DNA of 64,000 nucleotides from Callorhinchus milii (Eukaryota). Location: NCBI RefSeq assembly GCF_018977255.1, contig NW_024704742.1, forward strand, positions 108,874,001-108,938,000. The letters run 5' to 3'. This document shows positions 25,009 to 37,710 of the stretch, piece by piece. The translations under genes were made by a program, and so were the position numbers. The notes beneath the pieces were generated by a model. That model searched no databases, was not told the DNA's origin, and saw only the letters and a program-made list of their open reading frames with translations. Within the stretch, counting starts at the first letter, position 1. Each line of letters begins with the position of its first letter.

Positions 25009-25892
25009 ATTATTTGAGAAAGAATTCAAAGCAGAAAAGTTCTAAACCAAAACAGAAAAAAGTGCCACAACCACAAAGGGAAGAGTCAACATTTCTGCCG
25101 AATGCCACTTATTGGGGAGCCCCTATCATATGGGAGAAAACTTTTCAACCAAGCCTGAATCGTGAACAGCTCAAAACGACAGCTTTTTCGATTGGGCTTA
25201 CAGTGTTTGCTATCGGAACATATAAGCAATACCTGTACAACTTTGTACAATCTGCTGAAAAATATTTTATGACTGGATACTTTGTGACTTATTACATCCT
25301 CACTGATAATCTAGATGTCCTCCCTTCTGTGAAATTAGGGACCGGCAGAGAAATCAAGCCATTTTACATAGCTGAAAAGCCAGGCTGGATTCATCTATGG
25401 AAAGCTAGAACGTCTCTCTTGAGTAGCGTGATTAAAGAACTCATTCAAAATGAAGTGCAATATGTATTCTGCATGGATGTTGATCAAATATTTATGAATA
25501 ATGTGGGGTCTGAGATTTTAGGGGACCTTGTTGCAACTTTGCACCCTGACTTCTATGATGCCCCAAAGAACGTGTATCCATATGAACAAACTTCTGTTTC
25601 GAAAGCGTATGTTGATGGATTGGAAGGTGATTATTACTACACTTCAGAGCTCTATGGTGGAAAATGCAATGATGTGTATGAGTTAACTCTTACCTGCTCT
25701 CAGTTCATAATTCAGGACATAGAGATTGATTTCACTGCCATTATGTTTGAGGAGAGTTACTTGAACAGATATTTCATCAACACTAAGCCAACCAAAGTAC
25801 TTTCTTCAGAATATAGTTGGCCTGCCCGAAGAGAATCCACGGAATTTGTAGTAAAGAGGATCTTTTCTCTGGAGCGATACATGCCCGTATAA
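25009..25892 (+). CDS. GT6-family (ABO/GBGT1/GGTA1/A3GALT2-like) alpha-1,3-glycosyltransferase, terminal coding exon with stem + complete catalytic domain
   Basis: Intact ~293-codon frame with WGAPIIWE, IGLTVFAIG, SAEKYFM, YYILTD, FCMDVD (DxD), LVATLHP, GDYYY, EESYLN, KPTKVLS.EY. Acceptor-like ttatcatttgcAG at 25008; stop TAA 25890-25892; no in-frame ATG or TM segment, so upstream exon(s) are expected. Confidence 0.93.
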
Positions 25893-26214
25893 AGAAATGT
25901 GTGTTTTTCCATCATGCAAAATATGGAAAAAAGTTTTTTTTTTAGAAATTACTAAGTTATAAAAGAAGGAGACTATATTTTAAGAATATTCCATTCCAGA
26001 GTTTATGTTTAGGTCATAGAGTTCAAAGGTGTCCAAAAGCACAGTTATAAAGATAGGAGATGTAACTTCAATAGAGAAGCAAGTACCAAAACAGGCTCAG
26101 AGGCCCCAAATGGCCACCAGCTGCTTTGTAATATTTATGTTCTTGCTTTCCACAATCCTTATGAAAACTATTAGTGTTATACTGCGTTATTACAGTAGTG
26201 TGTCTTCACTTTGA

Positions 26215-26220
26215 AATAAA
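26215..26220 (+). terminator. Candidate polyadenylation signal of the GT6 gene
   Basis: AATAAA ~320 nt after the stop codon, in AT-rich sequence. Confidence 0.4.
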
Positions 26221-28429
26221 AGCTGCTTAATATTTAGAAATTTAAAAAATTACAAGTTTAGTATTAAAATTGCAAAATATATTTATCATTTAATATAAAT
26301 ATCAAAAATGGATAGTTAATCTACTGTGAGAATAGTAACCAGTGTTGTTTTCTTGCTTGCATTGGACTAATTTTAGACTTAAAATACAGAACATCTAAAA
26401 GCTCTTCACACCCTATAGTACTTGCAAACAACAAGAGCACAGGTCAAATGATAGCACACAAGACTGTGTTAAATGTGCCCTATTTATTACATTGAATTGA
26501 CCACAGATAAAACTTCTTAAGGCTGTCCAAAATGGTAACATCTGAGCTTAAGGATCTTGGCCTCCCATTTCTCTCTGGAGCTTCAGTATTGTACTGGGAC
26601 TAGCCTCAGCCCCTGGATTATGGGATGGGAAAATTTGCAAGTCTTGATCACAATCCAATGATTTTTGCTTGAAAGTGCGTGTGTAAATATTGATGAGAAC
26701 AGGATCGACTTTGGCTATATAATGTGACAACAGCATAACATACTTTTATATCTGAAAAATGAATCTTGAAAGTACCACATCTTTCCCAGTGACATAGAAC
26801 CACAGTGTAACACATCAGGGACGAGTGCCTTCAGGAAAGGAGAGACACAGAAAAAATAAGGCATACAATTATGTTGAAGAAAAACACTCCCATCCTATTA
26901 ACATCGGAAATTAATAGAAAGTTGTCAACCCATTTTGAAATATAATTTCATATTTTTCAACTATTTATAACTATAACAGTGTTAATATGGAATACTATAA
27001 CAACAACAACAAGATTGCATTTGTATAGTGCCTTTCACATTGGGAGGACGTCCCAAGGCGCTGGGATGTCAAGAATAGTCAAGAAATGGAATAGAAAGAA
27101 TGCAGAATTAGTCTCAAGAAATCTACTGGATGCAAAATTAGTCGAGCTGTGTCCATTATTTTGAGCAAAGACAAATTGAAAAAGATATAACCAACCTTCT
27201 GACAATCTTCAATGTATGACCCAATGCCCCAAATTGCTTAGAAACACATCATGGAGATTATTCCTTTGAATATGGCGCGTGACAATTTCTGGCGGTTTCC
27301 TCCCCAAACCAAGAAAGGTTTTCCAAACAGTTTATCATCAAATGTGGAATAGTACTAGCAGAGAGGGAAATAAGAGACATCCAGTCGAGCTGCTAAATGT
27401 AGCCAGCTGCTGATTTTTTAAATAAATGTGGCAGATGCTTCCCTCCAATTATTAGGAATCTACTTGGCTGTATTCCTAATCTGCTGCGAACAAAACTCTA
27501 ATTTAGGGAATAGAGGTAACAATANTTTTTTAATTAGCCAATGTGATGTGAGGTCTGCATTTTAAATCCTTTTTTACACTGGAAAATGAGGATTTGAGGT
27601 AGTGATTTCAGCAACCTCACCCTAATTAACCATAATGTGTCATATCAATGAAAAGCCACTATGAGAATAATAATAGTAATCCTTGCTTTTGATACTTTTC
27701 ATATCAGGAAGATGTCTCAAAGCGTTTCATAGGATTTAGTATAAGGTATATTGATTGCATAATTTGTAGACATTATTACTGATGTAGTGACCAGCAGAAC
27801 GTAGATTACCGAGAGAAAGTTTGAGTGTTATCATTTATGCCCACCCAAACATAGTGTCGTAATGAGAAAAATAGTTCCATATCTTTTATATTCTTTGTTT
27901 GGATCAACTATTTTTTATTGTGTTTAGGTATCACCACTATGAACTCAGTGTAATTGCTTTCACTTGGTTACATAATTGATCATTTCAATCAAAGTAAATG
28001 ATACTGCATGAATTCTGCTTAGTTCCACAAAATTTGAATTAGCTGGAAAATGCTGTAATAGTTCTGAGGAAAAATTAATAAAATTTTTCAGAAAAAGGCT
28101 TTGCAATTGGTGATGATGAGCTTTTAGCTATGTTGCTGGTGGGTGCAATAGTGAGGAAGAAGAGAAGTCTGTGAGAGACGATGGTATCCATAATGCTCAA
28201 CACAAAGCCACAAATCAGTGCTTCTGTCATTTCAAGAGGTATTGCATTAGCTCACTCTGAATTAAGTCGATATCCTTTGAAGCACGACTGAATTTACCAC
28301 AATGTGATTGGTAACAACAATGGCATCATAGACATTTTTGGACAACCGTTGGATCCAATAATTTTGTGGTGAGTGTAAAATTCCTCCCTCATCCTCAGCA
28401 CAACGATTGTGAACCAAGGTGTCAGCACT

Positions 28430-28950
28430 ATCATTGTCTTCTTTGACTGTGCCTTTGGAGACCCTCCTACCCTCCCTGCCCTCCAACATCCCTTATCCCA
28501 ACAGCCACCCCCACCCCACCTGCAGACATGCAAATCCCTGACTGACTGTCCAGAGCCTTGGGACGTTCTCCTGAAAGGCGCTATACAAATGTAATTTTGT
28601 ATTGGATTGTTGCCAACCCCAGAGCTATTTCAGACTGAGTAGCACAAAAGTTTGGCCCCCAGGGTCAGCAAGATCAATCACTATCACCAGCAGAAACAAA
28701 AATAGCAACAACAACAACAATAACAAAATTACATTTGTATAGTGCCTTTCACATTGGGAGGAAGTCCCAAGGCGCTGAACAATCAGTGTTTCGGACCCAA
28801 GCTGGGGTTCCGGATTGGGGAGGGTGGGGGCAGGGAGAGAAGGAGGGTGACCAAAGACACAGTCGAAGAGGAGGATCTTGAGACAGATCTTGAAGGAGGC
28901 AAGGGAGGGGCAAGCCGAAGAGACTGCGGCATTGAGTTCAGTCAATTCCA
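28430..28950. mobile_element. Two L2 3' ends in tail-to-tail orientation (28430-28612 +; 28705-28950 -)
   Basis: ctttgactgtgcctttgg...ccttgggacgttctcctgaaaggcgctatacaaatgtaat, and its reverse complement with an (AAC)n tail. Confidence 0.8.
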
Positions 28951-29524
28951 ACAGTAGAATCTTGGAACTGGCTTCAAGCCCAACACATTGAATTTGTAAA
29001 GGAACATTGCATATTCACTGACCATGATTATATGACCATCTAGTCCCTGTTCTCAGCTGCAATTCTCTCTGAGTTCCAGGCAACTTTCACTTGTGTACAT
29101 TCCAAATACCTCAACAACCAAAGCAAAGCACAGTGTTACAAATCACCTGTTATACAGTGTTGTATTCAGTTGAACAACAACCGCAGCAGTAGTGGAGTTG
29201 CCACTCAGAGACTTCAGAGTCGAAAATTCTAAAGCAATTGGCCAATCTGGCCGATTACAGCTTTGAACCTGGAAACATAAAAACAGAATTTTTCGGGCCA
29301 GGGGTCATTCGGCACATTGTGTCTCTGCTACTACTACCTGTTTTTCTAAGTCTTTCTTTTTTTAATTAATGCTAATTTCTCTCTCTTTCCCAGTAATGTG
29401 TTTACTTCTCAGGTGCTTCCACTGTACAACTTGAAAAATGTTTGTTTGGTCAGCTGGGTGTCTGACACCCGCAGACACCCATCACCGTGCATAAGACTAC
29501 CCAAACCAAACTGAGATTTCCAGG

Positions 29525-30190
29525 CATCCCGTCAACAAGACCGAGGCTCTCCTGATTGGCTCCCGTTTGCGCCTCCACACCTGAGGCGCTGACAGCTCAC
29601 CATCCATTGATGCAATACCACCTTACTAAGCCAGTCTGGAACCTTTGGGTCTTGTTTGACCCTCAACTATCCTTTCTACCCCACGTCCCTGCCATGACCC
29701 GCTGTGCCTTCCCCCACCTCCGCAACATCACCCGGCTCTGCCACTGTCTCACACCGCAGGCCACCGAAACCCTCATACATGCATTCATAACAATAATAAT
29801 CTTTGCATTTGATATAGCACTTTTCATGTTTTCGAGATGTCTCAAAGCGCTTCACAGAATATATTGTAAAGTGATTGACTGTATAATTGTGGGCTAAACG
29901 CGGCAGCCAATTGCGCACATCAATATCCCGGCAATATTCCAGCAATGCAATGACTATGCAAACTCCTTGCTCGTCAGTCTTCCCAACTCCTTCCTCCATA
30001 AGCTGCAGATCATCCAGAACTCATCCAGCTCCACTGGCTTCCCATCACACAGAGGGTACAGTTCAAGATCCTGGTCCTCACCTTCAAAGCCCTCCATGAT
30101 CTTGCTCCCCCCTACCTCTGCGTCCTCCTAAACCCCTACCATCCTGCTCGCTCCCTCTGCTCAGCGGGCTATGGCCTGCTTCACAGCTGT
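29525..30190 (+). mobile_element. L2 fragment with an antisense SINE 3' piece (~29792-29930) inserted
   Basis: NLWVLFDPQLSF, LRNITRL, ATETLIHAFIT, then reverse-complement SINE tail, then resumption at gactatgcaaactcc. Confidence 0.85.
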
Positions 30191-30869
30191 GCCGATGAGA
30201 ATCGGTCAGGTGGCAGTGTTGCCTGTGATATATTTACAACCAGATAAAATATAAGTGGATATGCACAAGCTTTCAACACTTTTCAAGAACAACACTTTTG
30301 ATCTAAAGATGTTCACGTCTCTGAGTCCTTGAGTTACATGGACATATGTTTGGTGGCATAGAGTGCTTTGATTAATGGGAGTTGGCAATACTATGCTCAA
30401 TTATATTGTTATCTTCAGAGTTACAAAGGCAACTAAGACTTGGCTCCATACATTTTTATATCGAATTTTATGCTGTGCTGTGGGACATTTACTGTGGTGC
30501 GTGCCTCATTATTTAACACAAAGATTGCTTGCCTGCCGAGCAATATGTTCTAATGAGGATTTTGCATAGAAGACTTCAAAGAGTGAAGGCTTTCACACCT
30601 ACAAAGAATTGTTTTAAGAGGCACCACTAATGCAGACAAGGTTTTGTCAGGGTACCTGTGTAATTCAGGTCCATGATATTAAATGTACAACATTACAGGC
30701 GGTAAAAATTTAAAAAGTAAAAATTTTAAATGTTTCATTAACTTGTCTTCACATGAGACTCTTTAAGTGGATCTAAAATAAATCAAAATGGTTATACATA
30801 CTTTGAAGTTAATGTTACAAACAATGCTGAATTATGAGCATCCAACTGATACATTTAAACCTATTTGCA

Positions 30870-31985
30870 TGCAACAACAGCAACTTGTATTTATATAGTG
30901 CCCTTCACGCGGAGTAGTGTGTCACAGTGCTTAACAGTGGCAGAGCTTGACCCCAAACTACGGAGAGAGGAGGGTGATCATAGGCATGATCAAAGAGGAA
31001 GCTCTTTTTATGTGATCTGAAAACAGGCAACGAGGAGGCAAGATGGAGGGATTGAGGCAGAGAGTTCCATAGTTTGGGGGTGTGGTGGCTGAAGCACGGC
31101 CGCTGATGGTGAGGGATGTACAGGAGGCCAGAGCCAGATTAGCAAAGGGGGCAGGTATCAACAACAACAACAAAATTACATTTATAGAGCCCCCTTCACG
31201 TCGGGAGGACGTCCCAAGGCGCTGAATGGGGTGTAAGTCGGTCGGAGAGGTAGGGTGTGCCAGGGATAATTTAAATGTGAATGTGAGCATCTTGAAATCA
31301 ACCCGTTTTGTAATAGGGCAAATGCTGTGATGATGGGGGTACAGATTTTATAATAATAATAATAATAATCCTTGCATTTGATATAGCGCTTTTCACGTCG
31401 GGAGGACGTCCCAAAGCGCTTCACAGAACACACTGTAAAGTGAATTGACTGTATATTTGTGGGCGAACGCGGCAGCCAATTGCGCACAGCAATGTCCCAC
31501 AAACAGTCGTAGATTGAAAATGACCAATTTAATTATTGTTTTTAGTTTTGGAGGGATTATTATTAGGCGTGTGGAGTAAGGAAACTTGCCCAAGGTTTCA
31601 CCCTCTGCCTGGAAATGAACTCAGGTCTCTCACTTGCAAAGCGAGTGCTCTAACCACTGAGCTACAGGTCTCCATTTTGGTGCTGTTGAGGATATGGCCA
31701 GCAGAGTTTTGAATTAATTGGATTTTATGAATGTTGGCCCTGAGGAGATCAGTGAGGAGGGCATTGGACTATCGAGGTGGGAGGTGACAAATGCATGGAT
31801 AATGGTTTCAGCTGCATTGGGTGTGAGGTATGGTCGGAGGCTGGCAATGTGGCGGAGGTAGAGCAATACAGTGCTGGTCAGGGACCGGATGTGGGAAAGG
31901 AGGGAAAGCTGGGGATCCATTCTGCAGTCTCGGTTGTGCTCAGGTTCAGTGAATCTGAGGGATAGACCGAGGAGTTCAGGTGAGG
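30870..31985 (-). mobile_element. L2 fragment with nested L2 tail (~31160-31230) and SINE (31350-31673)
   Basis: DPQLSLLSHIRSLT, AAETIIHAFVTSHLD; two (AAC)n tails. Confidence 0.8.
31350..31673 (-). mobile_element. tRNA-Ala-derived SINE subfamily A (full length)
   Basis: Near-identical to the 4295/24393 copies; ATTTT duplicated at 31345-31349 and 31674-31678 (candidate 5-bp TSD). Confidence 0.93.
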
Positions 31986-32104
31986 AGACATTGATAGGTA
32001 TTTATGCAGAGTATTTATGTAAAAGTGAATTATTCTAATTGTGAGGACTTCATCTATTTCTCTGTTTCTTCAGTTAGTTAAATTAAGTTCAAGCTGTTAG
32101 TTAT

Positions 32105-32413
32105 AATAATATATACTAGTCCTTGCATTTGATATAATGCTTAGCACGTCTTTGAGACATCTCAAAGCGCTTCACAGAATATACTGTAAAGTGAATTGAC
32201 TGTATATTTTGTGGGCAAAACGCAGCAGATAATTGCACACAGCAGTGTCTCGCAAAGAGTCATGGATTGAGTGACCAAATTATTATTGCGTTTTTTTCAT
32301 GAGGAGATTATTATTAGGCGTGTGAAGTAAGGAAACATGTCCAAGGTTTCGTCCTGCTGTGAATCGAACCCAGGTCTCTCACTTGCGAGGCGAGTGCTCT
32401 AACTACTGAGCTA
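32105..32413 (-). mobile_element. tRNA-derived SINE (CGC anticodon loop, B-type tail)
   Basis: Reverse complement reads tagctcagtagttagagcactcgcctcgcaagtgagagacctgggttcgattc. Confidence 0.88.
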
Positions 32414-33399
32414 GTTATTCAGGATATGAGGAAGTTAGGTAGTATGCAGCCATGAATATCGAACAAAGCACCTGCAAATATACTGGAAGCTTGATTATCT
32501 GTCAAGTTTAATCATCCACTGGAGGAGAGAGAGAGACAGGTTACTCCATTATGATGGATAATTGGGATTCTACACTATACACATAGGTATTTATTAAGCT
32601 CCCAGGCAAGGAGAAAGCACATCAATCCAGAGGCAGCAGCACCATGTCATTGGCTTTGTTGTACATGGATGTGCAATAATGAACATTAGTAAATGAGGTG
32701 TTATAACCAATTCTTGTTGCACCATTGACAAAGGCTGACAACTATAAGTCTGTAATATGATTTTTCTTTGTTGTCTTATATGAGTTTCCCCAGAACCTCA
32801 CCAAATGCATCACCATTTTTCTTGACTCCATTTTCCCTCCCCCCATTCAGTCTCTACCTATCAATGACTGTGGCTCATCAAATAGTCTCTGATGTCTTCT
32901 CTGCAACATAGTTGTTCAATCTTTCTTCAGCCTTCACTCAGACCTCCAAGTCATTGTTTCTCCATGAAACAGAGGCCCAACCAATCGTAATTGAATGTCT
33001 CCCTTTCCACTTGACAGCTTTATTACTCACCAACAGCTTCTGTACTTTTTCTTTGAAGCACTTCATTTCATGTTAAAGGTGTTGCCATGGAAACTATTGT
33101 ATTTATATATACCTGCCTTTCATGGGATATGCAGAACTCTTCTATTTCCAATCTCTGATAGCCCAAGCCCTTCGAGTGGCCTTCTGAATGTTTCTCTCTC
33201 CAAATTGGTTCAAGAGCTGGAAACCTAATCCTTAAGATAAACAGTCTGTGATGTCTGCATTGTTGGCACTGCTAGTCTTTGCATATTTTCTTCTGAGATC
33301 AGGGAAGGTCTTTACTTAAAAATGGTCCAACTGGAAAGAGCTGCAGATGTTTTTATGTTGCTGCCAATACTTGGGATTCCAACCTGCAAGAAGAATGGG

Positions 33400-33790
33400 C
33401 AGAGTTCTAGTACTTGAAAACTGAAGTGAATCAATAGGAAAATAAAAAAGGAAGATTGAGAAAAAAAGATTCACAAAGCTTGTAGGAAAGGGTGACCATT
33501 GGACTGAATGCAAGATTGTACAAAAAGAGGCTAAAAAAGACATTAGAAAAGTTAAAAAAAAATGCAAAACACATTGCNAAAAAAGTTCTTTCATTATTAT
33601 AACAATAAGAGGAGATTCGGGAAAGACATTAAAATGCTAAAACACTCAAAAGAAATTGTAAAAGAGAATAAAAAAAGATATAGTGAACATATTGAACAAC
33701 TACTGTACTTCAGTACAGTATTATTTAGTACTGTATAGGGAAAGAATGGGCTACCATAACTTTTATATGCAGAGGTTAAACATGGTACAG
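33400..33790 (+). mobile_element. Old CR1-like ORF2 linker fragment
   Basis: Translates to K-rich KEAKKDIRKVKK...KKFFHYYNNKRR...KDIVNILNNY, comparable with SKIFYKHIK...MADVLNEYF of the CR1 at 14300. Confidence 0.55.
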
Positions 33791-34559
33791 AAACCTTGTT
33801 TAATGTCACCAGCCAGTTCAGTACCTGTGTATTTATTATGTGTTAGATGTATAAAATCCAACTAATACATAACTTTACATAAGTCACATAAGAGACGACT
33901 TATGCAAGTTTCACATAACTCATACTTTGCATAAGTCATATTAAATGTATGGTCTCAGCTGATACATTTGTATAGCACTTTTCGCGTTGGGAGGATGCAA
34001 CTGATACAGATATTTAGTGCGGTAAACCAGTTGTGATTTACCTGTTAAACCAGTTCAGATATAACTGCCCAAGTTCTGTTGAATTTCCTATTAACTCCAC
34101 TCAAATTTAACTGCACTAGTCATATTAACAATTCTGAAGTTAAACATTATCTCCATCTTAGAGCTGATTCTGAAGCATCGTTCTAAAAAACTATTGTCAA
34201 ACTGAACACAATCTATCTCCTTTTCTTTCGGGAAGCAGGTATATGATATATATAGAAACTAATCAACATGCTTAACAAGAATCCAAACCAGACTGAGATT
34301 TCACAAATGCATGCCATCTATGTATGGCAAATTTCCCTGTGTCTGGAATGGAATGCACATCGCACGGACAAACCCTGCTTCCCTAATTCCAGAAACTTTT
34401 AGTGCAGGCAGATGTCTGCTTAAACTATCAGGAAGAAGGATCTGTAAATCTAAGTCATCACGAGCACAGCAATAGTTTTGTTCCTACATAATATTTTGTG
34501 GCACTTTAAAGTAAAATTGACAAAAAATTGCAAAAAGATTCCCATGTTGCTCTAGCCAA

Positions 34560-37000
34560 TAACAACAACTTATATAGCACCCTCCACGCGCGGCAGAGTC
34601 TCAGAGCGTTTAACAGCGTCAGAGCCTGACTTCGAGCCTGTGGGGGGGTGGGGGGGGGGGGGGAGGTGGCCATAAGCACAGTCGAAGAGGAAGGTTTTCA
34701 GGAAGGACTTGAAAAAGGGGAGAGAGGGGCAAGGCAGAGGGACTGAGGGAGAGTATTCCAGAGCTTTGGGGTGTAGTGGCTGAAAGTGTGACCTCCAATG
34801 GCGGGACAGAGGGTGTGAGGGACGAGCAGGAGGCCGGTGCCAGTTGAGCGGAGGCACCGGGTGGTGAATTAACGAGTGAGGATGTCAGAAAGGTAGGGAG
34901 GTGCCAGAGAGTGAAGGGATTTGAACACGAGTGTGAGGATCTTGAAGTTGATCCATTCGGTGATTGGGAGCCAGTGGAGTCTCGCCAGAACTGGTGAGAT
35001 GGGGTACGGAGTTTGTTGCGGGTATGTATGTGGGTGGCAGAGTTCTGAATGAGCTGGATTTTTTTGAATAGTGGAGCCGGGGAGATCGGCAAGGAGTGTG
35101 TTTGAGTAATTCAAGCTGGACATAACAAACGCATGCATGAGGGCTTCAGCTGCACTTGGGGTAAGGAATGGTCGGAGGCAAGCAATGTGGCAGAGGTAGA
35201 AAAAGGCGGTCCTGGTCAAGAAACGGATGGGGGGGAGGAAGGACAGCTGGGGGTCGAACCGGACACCTAGATTGTGCACTGGTTCGGTGAGTCTGCGGGA
35301 GGTGGGTGGAGGTTGAGGAGTTCAGATGCGCAGGAGTGAAGACATTGACAGGAGCCAAGAATTATGGGTTCCATCTTGTCCAAATTCAGCTGCAGAACGC
35401 TTGCACTCATCCAGGCCATAATGTCTGCCAGACAAGCTGATAGACTTCGGCAGACCTGGAGTTGGTATTGGAGGAGGCAAAATAGATTTGTGTGTCATTC
35501 ACATACATGTGGAAGTTTACCTTGTGTCTGCAGGTGACATCCCCCATTGGGAGCATATAGATAAGGAAAAGAAGAGGGCCAAGGATGGAGCCCTGTGGTA
35601 CCCTGCAGGACCGGGGGCGAGAGGAGAAATCATTTGCTGAGATGAAATGGAGGTGGTTGGTTAAGTAGGACTCGAATCATGCAAGTGTGGTCCCATTGAG
35701 GTGGAGAGGCAGTGGAGGAGGATGGTGTGGTCGACTGTGTCGAATACTGCAGAGAGATCCAGGAGGACGAGGAGGCAGAGGGAGCCCTGGTCACAGATAC
35801 AGAGGACATCATTTATGACTTTGACAAGTGCTGTCTCTTTGCTGTGGGCAGGGTGAAAACCTGACTGCAGGGGCTTGAGAAGGGAGTGGAGGGAGAGGTA
35901 TGACCAAAGTTGACCTGCAATACTTTGTTCCAGAACTTTGGTAAGGAAGTGTAGATTGAAGATGGGATGGTAGTGTGAGAGATTAGAGGGATCGAGGAGG
36001 GGTGTGATAACAGCGGTTTTCAGGGGGAGTGGAACAGAGGCTGAGGAGAGCAACAGCTTGACCATGTCAGCCAGCAGGGGGGAGAGAAGGGAGAGTTGAG
36101 TGACCAGCACTGGGTGGGGAGGGGTTCGAGGCAGCAGGTGGGTGATTGTGGTTGAGAGGGAGGAGGCAGAGATGGGGGCAAAGGAGTGTAAGGAGGGGGA
36201 GTGGCAGGAGTCATGGCGGAGGGAGAAGGCAGTGTGGATGGTCTGGGTGGGATGGAAGGAGACATGGGGGTGGGGAGAGTGATGCAGCCAAACAGATGTT
36301 TTCAATCTTTGAAGCGGAGAAATCTAGGACCTCTTCACACTTGAGGCTTGATGTGAGGATAGAAGGGGCTTGAGGGGATGCACGGAAGTGGTGGTGGATG
36401 TTGGAAAACAGCGTCTTTGGATTGTTGTTTGCCTGCACGATGACTTTGGAGTAAAAGTCAGTTTTGCCTTAAGAAAGGGAGAGACGGTAGGTGCAAAGGC
36501 TCCCATGTAAACTGGTCATGAATCATGAGGCTGGATTTCTGCCATCTGAGCTCTGGGTTTGGATTTTAGTGAGCGGAGGTGACTGTTGTACCAGGGGGAG
36601 CGGGTGGATTTGGAAACAGCCCTGGATTTCAGGGGAGCCAGGGAATTAAAGGTTGTGGAGAGATGTTCATTCAGCAGCTTGACAGCTGCATCAGGATCAC
36701 TGCAACTGGAGGGCCGAGGGAGAGGAAGTCCGAGGAAGAGAGGGCATTTATGAGGGACTCAGGGGGAAGCTTTATCCAGGGGCAGAAAAAAATAGTGGAG
36801 GGCTTGGAAGAGGGGAGGGGGATGCAGGAAGAGCGGGAAATGAGGAAGTCGTCCGATATGGTCTTGTCCGTGATGAACAGGTCAGAAATGTCAAGGCCAT
36901 GTGTGATGACGAGGTCGAGGGAATGGCCACGGTTGTGAATCGGTGAGTTGATGTGGAGGGTGAGGTTTAGGGAGGAGAGGATGGCAGTGAAATCTGAGGA
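34560..37000 (-). mobile_element. L2 LINE, long degenerate ORF2 (APE end to 3' tail)
   Basis: HNRGHSLDLVIT (APE), [58 protein letters not shown], (AAC)n tail at 34560. Confidence 0.92.
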
Positions 37001-37509
37001 CTTTAAGAGAACTTTGCATCTTTTTCCTGGGCTCCCTCCTATCTGCTGTCTGGAAAATCTGACTTTAACAACTTCAAACCTAAACAATCTCCTTAGGTTA
37101 AACAAAACACAATCTCGTAGTTTCCCTCTCAGTTACTTTGGCCTTTTTTAAAAGAAATGACTGCACTGGATTCACAGTTTTTTTCTACTGGATATTGTTC
37201 CTGTTCTTATTAATCCCTGTATTTCACACTCCCATCTCGGACTACCTTTGTGGTGCACCACCCTGTAACAACTCTTGCCAGCATTTCGTAATCTGATAAT
37301 GGCCTATTACCTACCTCGTTATGTACGTAGTTAGTGGTTTTAAATTTCTGACCTCTTCCTAATACCTTTGCCTCCTCGTCCTGATCCTGGAGAAAAAACA
37401 TTACCCACAAAGATGTTACGATTTGGAATGCACTGCCTGAATGGGAGGTGGTAGAAGATTCGATAGTAGCTTTCAAAAGGGAATTGGATAGGCATTTGAA
37501 TGTATTTTC

Positions 37510-37710
37510 AAATAGTGCCATGGGCTCTTTAACATCCACCTGAATAGGCATCCAGGACCTTGGTTTAATATTTCACGCGGCACCTCTAACAATGCAGACT
37601 CCCCCAGCAATGTATTGGGTTTCAGCCTAGACTGTGAATTCAAAGGTCTGATGTGGTACTTAAACATTCTAACTCATAATCAACAGCGCTCACAACTGAA
37701 CCAGACTAAT
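37510..37710 (-). mobile_element. Deu-domain SINE fragment (adjacent to a CR1 3' piece at ~37400-37505 +)
   Basis: atagtgccatgggctctttaacatccacctgaa...ggtttaatatttca...cacctctaacaatgcagactccc resembles the AmnSINE/SacSINE Deu core. Confidence 0.65.

Noticed and set aside
32780..33320. Purine-rich minus-strand stretch reminiscent of a LINE ORF1 remnant
   Set aside because: Too degenerate to assign by eye
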